DNA from: an uncultured Gemmatimonadales bacterium
GTDB lineage: Bacteria; Gemmatimonadota; Gemmatimonadetes; Gemmatimonadales; GWC2-71-9
Assembly (NCBI GenBank): GCA_963846945.1
Contig: CAWJXX010000009.1
Coordinates: forward strand, 6,492 to 70,491
DNA: 64,000 bases
Direction of reading: 5' to 3'
Position 1 is the first letter of the stretch. Every line of letters starts with the position of its first letter. Shown piece by piece: positions 1-9,552 of this stretch. The translations under genes were made by a program, and so were the position numbers. Below the pieces are notes generated by a model, which was not told where the DNA came from, did no database searches, and worked only from the letters and a program-made list of their open reading frames with translations.

Positions 1-1
1 C

Positions 2-79
2 GAAGTGGCATTCGGGCGGCGACTCTGGGGCCTGCTCAACCTCGAGCTCTGGTACCGGCAGTTCATGGACATGGACTGA
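2..79 (+). CDS. C-terminal end of an asparagine synthase-like gene (partial; begins upstream of window)
   Basis: Frame 2 reads EVAFGRRLWGLLNLELWYRQFMDMD, then TGA at 77-79. The LW.LL.LE.W.R.F tail resembles glutamine-hydrolysing asparagine synthases common in polysaccharide loci. Only 26 codons are visible. Confidence 0.4.
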   Translation, partial: EVAFGRRLWGLLNLELWYRQFMDMD

Positions 80-87
80 CGCCGACC

Positions 88-1806
88 GTGCCGCTGACGC
101 TCACGAACGAAAAGGTCACCTCCTGGACTGTCCGCAAGATCGCGGTGGTCGGGCCCGGCATTGTCGGCATGCCGATGGCCGCGATGCTTGCACACGCGCG
201 CATCACGGAGGGCACGTCGACGCCCGCCACGGTGGTGGTGGTGCAGCGGAACTCGGCGACGTCGGGCTGGAAGGTGGGCGCCATCAACGAGGGCAGGTCG
301 CCGATCGGTGGCGTCGAGCCCGATCTCGATCGCCTGGTGAAGGAATCGGTGGAAGCAGGCCTGCTTCACGCCTCTCACGACTACGCGCCACTGGCCGATG
401 CGGACCTGATCCTCGTCTCGGTGCAGACCGATCGGAAGGGGAACGAGCCCGACTACGGGCCGCTGTTCGAGGCACTGACCGGGATTGCCACTGCGCTCGA
501 GCGGCGCCCCGCGGGACAGGTGCCGCTGATCGTCTTCGAGTCGACCCTGGCACCGTCGTCGATGGCGACGGTGATCAGGGATCATTTTGCAAAGCATGGG
601 TTGATCGAGGGCCGGGACATCCTGCTGGGCAACAGCCCCAACCGGGTCATGCCCGGCCGGCTGGTGGAACGGGTTCGGGCATCGGACAAGATCGTGGCGG
701 GGCTGCACCCGGAGACGCCGGGGCTGATTGCGCGAGTGTACCGCCGGATCGTGACCGAAGGAGCGCTGCACCAGACGAACAGCATGACCGCGGAAGTGGT
801 CAAGACGCTGGAGAACGCATACCGCGATGTCCGGATCGCCTATGCCGCGGAAGTGGCACGCTACTGCGATGCACAGGACATCGACTTCTTCGCACTGCGT
901 GACCTGGTGAATGCGCGGTTGATGCAGGAAGACACGGCGTCGAGTGATTCGCAGGCGGTTCCGAGCGGTGGATTGCTGGTGCCGATGCTGGGGGTGGGCG
1001 GGCACTGCCTGCCGAAGGACGGGATCCTGCTCTGGTGGCGGGCGCTCGAGGCGGGAGTGGACAGTTCGCGCTCGCTGATCCTCGAGGCGCGTCGCATCAA
1101 CGATGAGTCACCGGCCGAGACGCTGCGGCTGGCGGAGCGGGCATTCGGGAGCGTGGCTGGCCGGCGGGTGGCACTGCTGGGCGCGGCGTACCGGGGCAAC
1201 TCGGAGGATACGCGGAACTCGCCGACACTGTACTTCGCCCGGCTGCTCCGGGAGCGGGGCGCGGTGGTGCGGATTCACGACCCGTATGTGCATGCGAGCG
1301 ATGCGAACCTGGCGGCCTTCGGCATGGCGGATGTGTTCACGCGGGAGCTGGGAGAGGCCATGCGGGACGCGGAGATGATCGTGCTGTGCTGCCCGCATCG
1401 AGTCTATCTGGATGGCTGGAGCGCAGTGGTCGAGGCGGCACCGGGAGTGCGATGCATCGTGGACGCATGCAACCTGGTCCGGGCCACTAATGATCAGTCC
1501 AGCGCGCGCGCATACGCGGGCATCGGGCGCGGTCGGAACGCGCCATCCGCACAGCTCACACAAGAGGTGGTCGCAGGATTCCGTGCCGTCGAAACCGGCG
1601 TAGCGAACGAGGTGGATGCATTGCTCGGATTTCTTGACCAGAGGTACGCGGTCACGAAGTTCGCTCAGGTGCACCTTGGCGGGGTTCGACGGCTGGCGGC
1701 AACGTGCCCGACCGGTTGCACCATCGCGGCGCCCGGTGCGGTCACTGGCTCCGCCCTGTCCAGCCCATTCGCGCTGGTTCGTGCCGCGGGCGATCAACGG
1801 AATTGA
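88..1806 (+). CDS. Nucleotide-sugar dehydrogenase (UDP-glucose/GDP-mannose dehydrogenase family, WecC/UDP-ManNAc-like) with C-terminal extension
   Basis: Intact 572-aa ORF. It has the Rossmann motif VAVVGPGIVGMPMAAMLA, the catalytic Cys motif GGHCLPKD and the C-terminal nucleotide-binding domain GAAYRGNSEDTRNSP. The family-typical end YAGIGRG is followed by ~95 extra residues. Confidence 0.85.
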   Translation: MPLTLTNEKVTSWTVRKIAVVGPGIVGMPMAAMLAHARITEGTSTPATVVVVQRNSATSGWKVGAINEGRSPIGGVEPDLDRLVKESVEAGLLHASHDYAPLADADLILVSVQTDRKGNEPDYGPLFEALTGIATALERRPAGQVPLIVFESTLAPSSMATVIRDHFAKHGLIEGRDILLGNSPNRVMPGRLVERVRASDKIVAGLHPETPGLIARVYRRIVTEGALHQTNSMTAEVVKTLENAYRDVRIAYAAEVARYCDAQDIDFFALRDLVNARLMQEDTASSDSQAVPSGGLLVPMLGVGGHCLPKDGILLWWRALEAGVDSSRSLILEARRINDESPAETLRLAERAFGSVAGRRVALLGAAYRGNSEDTRNSPTLYFARLLRERGAVVRIHDPYVHASDANLAAFGMADVFTRELGEAMRDAEMIVLCCPHRVYLDGWSAVVEAAPGVRCIVDACNLVRATNDQSSARAYAGIGRGRNAPSAQLTQEVVAGFRAVETGVANEVDALLGFLDQRYAVTKFAQVHLGGVRRLAATCPTGCTIAAPGAVTGSALSSPFALVRAAGDQRN

Positions 1807-2036
1807 AAGTTCAGCCCCGAACTCTGACCAGGCCAAATCGGCCGCAACCCCCACAGCCGAAAGTGCCAATGCAACCTGACTCCTGCAACTAAGCCTGCTC
1901 GAAGATTCGTGACGACAGGGGTGTAGACACGGACGGCGACGGCAGCGGTACTGGACGTTGCCGAACGGTCGGGCCCTACATATGCTCTTCTGCGCCATGC
2001 AGCCGGGTCGCTTGGACAAGCTGACGTAGCTCCCGA

Positions 2037-3113
2037 GTGCCCATGCCGGGCGTAACACTCGAACGGGGTATGGGGCCGGAAATGGCTGACATCGGAGCGT
2101 CCGACAGCACCGGAGGGGCACCCTCACCGCGAAGCGCCGGCAACAAGCACGCTCTTGCGTATGTGCTGCTGATACTTCTCACCATCGTCGTGGCCCTTCC
2201 GTTCAGCCTGCGATACGAGGGGATTTTTGCCTGTGGGGCAGGCTGGTATGCACCAGATAGCTACCTGTCCTACTGCAATTCCAAGGGGTTCGGGGACTAC
2301 GACCATGGCGCCTTCTGGTTCGACCTGGAGCCAAAGGCTGTCGAAGCTGCTCGCCAGGCGGACGTGCTCTTCCTGGGCAACAGCCGACTCGAACTGGGCT
2401 TCTCTACCCAGGGGATGTCAGACTGGTTTGCGTCGATTCCAGCACGCCCATACCTCCTTGGGTTCACGCACTTCGGCAACTACCGATTCGCCGCGCCGCT
2501 GCTTGCCCGGCTGCACCCGAAGGCTCGGGCGTACGTGATCAACCTGGATTTGTTTTTCGAGCCCGATGCATCTCCTCCGGCGGCAACAGTGATGCGGGAC
2601 GAATCAGCGGAGAGGCGCTACACGGAAAAGCGCTTCTGGGAGGGACTCCACCGCCCCGTCTGCACCGCCGTTCCAGGCTTCTGCCGTGACGAAATGGTCC
2701 TGTTCCGGTCGCGCACGACGGGGTGGTGGGTACGTCGCGGCTCCCGGCCACAAGCAGGGCCGGTCGCAAACGTCGCGTACAGCGATGCGGTGGATACGAA
2801 TTTGGTGAAGGCATATACGGCTGCCGCGAGGGGATTCCTGTCGCTTCTCCCCGTGCGCGACGGTTGCATCATCCTGACAATGGTCCCTTCGCCCGAGACC
2901 GCCATCGCAACCGGGGTGGCGATTGCCGACGCGTTGAACCTTCCTTTCGTTGCGCCGCGAACCGAGGGGCTATCGACCTTCGACGGGTCGCATCTCGATG
3001 AGCGCAGTGCCGCTATCTGGTCGGCCGCCTTCATTGCAGATGCCGGTCCGATGCTTCGGGGCTGCCTTGCGGCGGCGCGCGAATCGGTTCCGGCTGCCGG
3101 CAGCCGACCGTGA
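2037..3113 (+). CDS. Membrane-anchored SGNH/DltD-like protein (putative extracytoplasmic acyl-transfer partner of the downstream MBOAT)
   Basis: 358-aa ORF with one hydrophobic helix (ALAYVLLILLTIVVALPF). It has an SGNH-like block I (LFLGNSRLELGF) and a block V-like FDGSHLD. The stop lies 2 nt before the next gene. Assignment is by motifs only, and the true start may be an internal Met (~2082). Confidence 0.5.
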   Translation: MPMPGVTLERGMGPEMADIGASDSTGGAPSPRSAGNKHALAYVLLILLTIVVALPFSLRYEGIFACGAGWYAPDSYLSYCNSKGFGDYDHGAFWFDLEPKAVEAARQADVLFLGNSRLELGFSTQGMSDWFASIPARPYLLGFTHFGNYRFAAPLLARLHPKARAYVINLDLFFEPDASPPAATVMRDESAERRYTEKRFWEGLHRPVCTAVPGFCRDEMVLFRSRTTGWWVRRGSRPQAGPVANVAYSDAVDTNLVKAYTAAARGFLSLLPVRDGCIILTMVPSPETAIATGVAIADALNLPFVAPRTEGLSTFDGSHLDERSAAIWSAAFIADAGPMLRGCLAAARESVPAAGSRP

Positions 3114-3114
3114 G

Positions 3115-5060
3115 TTGCGCCATGGGTTTGCAGTCTTGACGTTACGCGGAGCGGCCCCCGCGCGAACGGCATTGTACTGGCTGCCGGAGACGGCGCGCTT
3201 CCGCGACGACCTGCGACAGGCACTGGACGCAGCGGAGCCGGCGCAGCGTCTGGAGCAGCTCACAGCACTCGCCCAGTATCGCCTTGGCTTCCTCGAGACC
3301 ATCCAGCTCGATCATGCCATAGGCCGGGGGCCTCCGGAGGGTGTGCCCGGATTCTCCTCCATTCGCCTCGCCATACTGGGGTCGTCGACAATGGAGCACC
3401 TGGTCCCGGCTATTCGTGTCGCGGGGCTGCGACGCCGGCTCCTTGTCGACGTCTTCGTGGCGCCATACGGCCAGTATCGCCAGGCACTGCTGGGGCCGAT
3501 GGCCGAACTGGTTGTCTTCAGGCCTGATTTCGTCCTGCTATCGATCGCGGGCCGGGGCCGTCGACCGGCATACCGCTAGCGGCCGGTGCGGACGAGGTAG
3601 ATGCCGCGCTCGCTCCGTCGATCGCGGATCTTCGCACGTTGTGGGCACGCGCCCGTGACGTTCTCAATGCCAGCGTCATACAGCAGACCTTCCTCGACGT
3701 CAGCGAACCCCTCTTTGGCAGTCACGAGCGCCTGGTGCCCGGGGCACCGTCGCAGGTCATCGCGCGACTGAATGATCAGGTCGTCAACGCCGCAAAAGAG
3801 GACGCCGTACCGGTTCTGGACATTGCTGGCGCTGCAGCGCGCGACGGGCTCGACGCCTGGTTTGACATCGCGCGCTGGCTGCAGGCCAAGCAGGAGATCG
3901 CTCCCGCTGCTGCCTCCCTTTATGGCGAACTGCTCGTGCGAGTCATCACCACGGCGCGGGGACAGGCGCGCAAGTGCCTTGTGCTCGACCTCGACAACAC
4001 TCTTTGGGGTGGGGTCGTGGGAGACGATGGCGTGTCGGGCCTGCTTCTTGGCGAGGGGAGCGGTATTGGCGAGGCACACCTGGCATTGCAGCGATATGCC
4101 AGGCAACTTGGCGACCGAGGGGTAATCCTCGCGATCTGCTCCAAGAATGATCCGGCGATCGCCGCGGAGGCCTTCCGCGATCACCCGGAAATGGTGCTCA
4201 AGCCATCCGACATTGCCGCATTTGTCGCGAACTGGGAAGACAAGGCCGTCAACCTGGAACGGATCGCGACCCAACTCAACATCGGCATCGACAGCCTTGT
4301 GTTCGTGGACGACAACCCGGCCGAGCGGTCGCGCATACGGCAGAGCCTGCCCCAAGTCGCAGTGCCGGAGCTGCCGCCAGATGCCGCGCTCTACACGCGC
4401 TGCCTGGCCGACGCCGGATACTTCGAGACTGTCAGTTTCACGCCCGAGGATCAGGAGCGGGGTCGGCAGTATGCCGCCAATGCGTCCCGTCAGTCACTGC
4501 TCGACTCCGCCGGCAACCTGGACGCCTTCCTGCGCAGCCTCGACATGGCGGTGATGTGGGGGCCCTGGACCGAGGTTGACCTGCCACGCATTGCACAGCT
4601 CATCAACAAGACCAACCAGTTCAACCCGACTACGCACCGGTACGCAGTGCACGACGTTGCCGCACTCGCGGCCGACGAGAACTGCATCACGCTGCAGTTC
4701 CGTTTGCTGGACCGCTTTGGTGACAACGGCCTCGTTGCCGCCATGATTCTGCGGCCCGTCGCGTCCCAGCCGGATGCGCTCGAGATTGACACATGGGTGA
4801 TGAGTTGCCGCGTGTTCGGTCGGCAGCTGGAGTGGGAAGCCATGAACATTGCCGTGGAACAGGCACGCGGGCGTGGCAAGCGCGCGCTCCGCGCCTCGTA
4901 CATACCGAGCCCGAAAAATGGCGTGGTCAGCGAGCTTTACCCATCGCTGGGGTTCATCTCAATGCCACATGCCGGCTCGACCGACGGGGGTACACGCTGG
5001 CATCTCGCGCTGGAGGAGTACATCCCACACCCCACCCAGATTACCCGGAGGTCCGACTGA
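3115..5060 (+). CDS. FkbH-like HAD-IIIC phosphatase/acyl-loading protein (one frame change near 3545-3580 as assembled)
   Basis: The N-terminal part is in ORF 2950-3579 (RLAILGSSTMEHLVPAIRV). The rest is in ORF 3639-5060, with HAD motifs LVLDLDNTLWGGVVGDDG, ICSKN and FVDDNP. The C-terminal WVMSCRVFGRQLE motif is typical of FkbH-domain proteins. The start (TTG 3115 or 3136) is uncertain. Confidence 0.8.
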
Positions 5061-5061
5061 C

Positions 5062-5316
5062 ATGACGGACCAGGAAATCCTCAGCGTGCTTACGCGCATT
5101 CTGCGCGACCTTCTTTCCAACGACGACGTCATGCTTCGAATGGAAACCGCACGCGATGAGGTGCCGAACTGGGACTCATTCGCATACGTGAACTTTGTCG
5201 TTGCGGCAGAAATGGAGTTTGGAGTCAGGTTCGGGGTAGCTGAGGTCGAGTCATTTTCCGACGTCGGTGCAATTGTGCGGCGCATTCGCGAGCTCCTCGC
5301 GCACAGGCGCCAATAG
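5062..5316 (+). CDS. Acyl carrier protein (DltC-like)
   Basis: 84 codons from ATG 5062 (inside track ORF 4849-5316), 1 nt after the FkbH-like stop. MTDQEILSVLTRILRDLL...VPNWDSFAYVNFVVAAEMEFG carries the carrier-protein DS(F/L) phosphopantetheine-Ser motif and has the expected size. Confidence 0.8.
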   Translation: MTDQEILSVLTRILRDLLSNDDVMLRMETARDEVPNWDSFAYVNFVVAAEMEFGVRFGVAEVESFSDVGAIVRRIRELLAHRRQ

Positions 5317-5337
5317 CTCCGCCGGAGGGAATGCAGG

Positions 5338-6966
5338 ATGCTCTTCAATTCATACGAATTCATCTTCCTGTTCCTGCCCGTCACAATGGGGGTGTTCTAC
5401 CTCATTGGCAGTCGTTCGCGCACGTGGGCGCTCCGCTGGCTCATTGTCGCGTCAATCTTCTTTTATGCCTGGTGGCGGCCGCTCAACCTTCTGATCATCG
5501 CGCCGTCCATCCTGATCAACTTTGTCCTCGCCAGAGCGATACAGCGCTACCACGTCAGGGAGCAGCACACGGCTGCGCGAGCAGCTCTCGTGCTCGGCAT
5601 CGTGTTCAACGTCACGTTCCTTGGCTACTTCAAGTACGCCAACTTTGGCGCCACCATTGCTCACGACCTGCTGGGCACAGACCTGGTGCTTACCCGAATC
5701 ATCCTGCCGCTCGGGATCTCGTTCATCACCTTTCAGAAGATCGCGTTCCTCATCGACGTTCATTCCGGTCGCATTTCATCGTTTACATTGCACGACTACT
5801 GCCTGTTCGTGCTGTTCTTTCCCCAGCTCATCGCCGGCCCGATTGTTCACTATCGGGAGATGATGCCGCAATTCCAGCGAGCAACCTGTGTCTTCGACGC
5901 CGAAAACGCGTCTGTCGGACTCACACTGTTTGTTTTTGGCCTCTTCAAGAAGGTGGTTCTTGCGGACAGCATTTCACCCTATGTCGGCACGTTGTTCGGG
6001 AATGCGGCGCTTGGCAGCTCGATATCGTTCCTGCCAGCATGGATGGCTGCGATAGGCTTCACCTTTCAGATCTACTTCGACTTCTCCGGCTACACCGACA
6101 TGGCCCTCGGACTGGGGCGGTTTTGTGGCGTGCGCTTCCCGCCCAACTTCTTTTCGCCGCTGCGCGCAACGAGTATCATCGACTTCTGGCTCCGCTGGCA
6201 CATGACCCTGACTCGCTTCCTTACCGCGTACATCTACAACCCACTGGCGCTGGCACTGACTCGGCGGCGGGCGGCGCGGGGTCTGCCGGTCGTTGCCGGC
6301 CGGAATACGACGATCGGGGCCTTCGTCGAGTTGCTGATGTTCTCGACCATCGTGACGATGCTGATCTCGGGCATCTGGCACGGCGCCGGGTATCTCTTCC
6401 TCTTGTGGGGCCTGCTGCATGGCATCTACTTGACGATAAACCATGGTTGGCGCCTGCTGCGTCCGCGGTACTGGCGCGACAGCAGTTCGTATGACCGGAT
6501 CATGAAACCGGTGGGCTTTGTGCTGACGTTCGTCGCAGTGGCAGCCGCCATGGTGCTGTTTCGCTCGACGAACACGACTGGCGTGGTTCGGCTGTTTGCC
6601 GGGATGGCCGGCCTCAGCGGGATCGCGCTGCCTGTTTCGCTTTTCAGTCACTTGGGCCCGCTGGCAGCACCGTTGCAGGCGATGGGGGTCAAATCGGGAC
6701 TGGATGGAGGAATCGAGTTCAATGCGATGGCGTCGTGGACCATACTGCTGGCATTTGTAGCGCTCGCTTGTCCAAATACGCTTCAGTTGCTCTCTCGTTA
6801 CGAACCGGCCCTTGGAATCAAGTCCACGGCGGGGGCGGCCAGTGTGGTGGCCAGGCGCGTTCAATGGGCGCCTTCACTCGGATGGGCGGCCGTGGTCTCG
6901 GCGCTTGCCTTTGTCGGCGTGTCGCACCTTGGCGGCCTGAGCGAGTTCCTCTACTGGCAGTTCTAG
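5338..6966 (+). CDS. MBOAT family membrane O-acyltransferase (AlgI/DltB-like)
   Basis: Intact 542-aa polytopic ORF starting MLFNSYEFIFLFLPV. It carries the conserved FQIYFDFSGYTDMA and the invariant-His motif SGIWHGAGY. Confidence 0.9.
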   Translation: MLFNSYEFIFLFLPVTMGVFYLIGSRSRTWALRWLIVASIFFYAWWRPLNLLIIAPSILINFVLARAIQRYHVREQHTAARAALVLGIVFNVTFLGYFKYANFGATIAHDLLGTDLVLTRIILPLGISFITFQKIAFLIDVHSGRISSFTLHDYCLFVLFFPQLIAGPIVHYREMMPQFQRATCVFDAENASVGLTLFVFGLFKKVVLADSISPYVGTLFGNAALGSSISFLPAWMAAIGFTFQIYFDFSGYTDMALGLGRFCGVRFPPNFFSPLRATSIIDFWLRWHMTLTRFLTAYIYNPLALALTRRRAARGLPVVAGRNTTIGAFVELLMFSTIVTMLISGIWHGAGYLFLLWGLLHGIYLTINHGWRLLRPRYWRDSSSYDRIMKPVGFVLTFVAVAAAMVLFRSTNTTGVVRLFAGMAGLSGIALPVSLFSHLGPLAAPLQAMGVKSGLDGGIEFNAMASWTILLAFVALACPNTLQLLSRYEPALGIKSTAGAASVVARRVQWAPSLGWAAVVSALAFVGVSHLGGLSEFLYWQF

Positions 6967-7005
6967 CAGTCCTGCCGCGCGTGCTTGGCGGTGCGGTGAG
7001 AAATT

Positions 7006-9045
7006 CTATGGCTTCGGTACCTCAAAAACAAACAGCATTGAGCCGGCCACAATCGCTACTCGCGCGTGCGTCTCGGTTCGGAAGACAATGGGAGCGCCCT
7101 TTATTGGGCCGCCCAAGCCCACCTGCCAGACTCGGCTGCCAGTCTTAGCATCCAATGCGAAAAACGTGCGACCTTGGCCACCAAGAACAACCTGATCGGA
7201 AATGGCCAACAGGCCGCCCGTCGTGACGTCATGTTGCTCGGGCGCGGGCGCCGTCCACCGGATTGCGCCGGAGCTGCAGGTCGAGCGCCACAATCGAAAC
7301 AAGTGTCTCCTCACCCGGGAGGCCCGACGGCGCGTCCGCCAAGCCACATCCCATCGAATAGTTGGGACTTACGGTCCCTGAAGAAGACACTGCCGCCTTC
7401 CTGCCTGGCGACAAACATGAGCCCGAGTCTCTCGCTGTAACTCGGCGACCACCAGTTGGTTGCACCGCCAACGCCAGGGTAGACCGTTGAGCCGTCTACT
7501 GACGGAAGCACTGAAGCTCGAACTGCTGGTCTTCCCTGCTTGTCGAATCCATCGTTCCACGTCTGGCGAGCGAAGGCAGTCGCGCGCAGGAATTCACCCG
7601 TCTCTCGATCCAGGACGTAGAAGAACGCGTTGCGATTCGCCCAGACAAGCAGTGGTCGCATCCGGCCCTTCCACTCCGCGTCCACAAGCACCGGGGTCTG
7701 CGCGGAGTCCCAGTCGTGCGAATCACCGGGCGTGAATTGATAGCTCCAAACGAGAGCGCCTCTTCGCACATCCAGGGCAATCACTGAATTTGTGTGCAGG
7801 TTGTCACCCACGCGCATATCGGGCGCAAAGGGTGGCGACGGGTTGCCAACACCCCAGAAGATGAGATGCCGCTGGGGATCATATGCGCCGGGAACCCATG
7901 TAGACCCGCCACTCGGAACCGCTGTGTCCGCCCACGAATCGCGGCCAGCTTCTCCCTGGGCCGGGACCGTGTAGTACCGCCACAATCGCGCGCCCGTATC
8001 CGGATCGTAGGCGTCAAGGAAACCTCGCGCCGCAAACTCGCCCCCTGCGACGCCAACTAGCACGCGACTGTCGGCGACAACCGGCGCGCCGGTTATGCTG
8101 AATCCCTCGCCCGGACTCCCGACCTTGACGTCCCACAGGAGCTTTCCGCTGGCAAGATCAAGCGACAGCAGATGTGCGTCGAGTGTTCCCCAAAACACCG
8201 AGGTTCCGAGTACCGCGACGCCGCGGTTTGCCCGGTTGCAGCAGAGCTTGATTTCTCCAGGCAGGTCCCGGTGGAACCGCCAGACGACCGCCCCACTTGA
8301 CTGATCCAGTGCGATAACCTCGAGGGCGCTGGTCACGAGAATCAACCCACGCACAGCGATCGGAGTCGATTGTGAGACGGCGGGGTCGGCGGGAAGCTGC
8401 GCGGCCCAGGCAAAGCGAATGGTGGGAGCGCTCGCAGCTGTCAACTCAGCGACATCCTTGTAGCGGCGACCGGACCAGCCACCGCTATACGATAGCCATT
8501 CGGAATCCGTACGCTCTGCCGTTGCCAGTTCGCCAGGCGATACCGGAGCAATACCTGCAACAGCTCCGTGGGCCCCGTCTTCGGGGTCGCCCGATCGCAG
8601 CGACCGGATGCGAGCGATGACACGCCAGGTGTCCTTGAAGGACAAACCACTGGCCTGCATGGCGGTGCCCGAAAGACCGTCCCGAAGCACCCGATACATC
8701 GCCCCAGTCGCTGCCGGCGTGAACCCAGGGTCCCTGGACCAGGGAAGGCGCCTTGCCTCCCTCTCCGCGGAGCCCGTGACATTGGGCACAATGTGACGTG
8801 AAGAGACTGGCGCCGGTATCGGAGTCGGCTAAACCGAAAGGGACGCTAAGCGAGGCGAATGCATTGCGGGACCAGTCCAGGGTCACCAAGTCGAAGCCCG
8901 AGTGCGGCCACAACAGGTGTGGCAAGTCCCGGGGCGTCACGGCGGGTAGCTTGCCCGAGAGCTGGAGCATTGCGATGTGGAGCCGTAGCCGGGTCTTCGG
9001 ATGCGCAAGGGTGACCATGGCGGACACCAAGGCCACGCCAAACAC
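7006..9045 (-). CDS. c-type cytochrome domain fused to PQQ-like/BamB-like beta-propeller protein (two frame changes as assembled)
   Basis: Three collinear minus-strand ORFs. ORF 8485-9045 has an N-terminal hydrophobic segment and the haem motif CAQCH. ORF 7311-8789 has the cytochrome tail YRVLRDGLSGTAM, then W/G-rich propeller blades. ORF 7006-7347 has the last blades. Confidence 0.6.
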
Positions 9046-9552
9046 GAGTCGACGTACTGTCCTGGCCCTTTTGCGCTGCGGCGGGGAGGCGAATCGGATC
9101 GACTGCCCGATGGTCGGCTCAGGCCACCGCGCTGGCTGTCAGCTCGGCGCGCCTGCGACTGCGGTCGACTGGTCGGCACCCGACAAGCTGACACCATAGA
9201 AATGGTCGTTCTGAATGGTGGACCGTCAACTGCCCCTTTGGGGGCCGGCAGGACCGCCCCGGCAGAACATACTCCATTCGCGACGCGGTCGGGGCCGAGC
9301 ATGGCGGGCCCTCCCCGCCTGAGCTGAAGGCCGAAAGACGCAGGAAATAGACCATGAAGGCGCTCGCACACGCCAAGCGGAGCCGAATCGGGCGACGGGC
9401 GGGCCGTTTTGTCCCGATGGCACCTGCGCTGGAAAGGACAAAATGACCTGCCTGTCGCCTCTATTCGGCAGCCGCTCGCCAATGTATATCATCCGAAGAC
9501 ACGGACGAGGTCACCTACCCTTTCACGACAAGTCAGGACAAGTCCCTTGGGA

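Noticed and set aside
1108-2127. 339-aa minus ORF, plus similar long shadow ORFs at 10755-11822, 14167-15231, 16472-17329, 16890-18008, 53114-54115 and 55030-55986
   Set aside because: All lie antisense to genes with strong motif support and have Arg/Pro-rich, motif-free translations.
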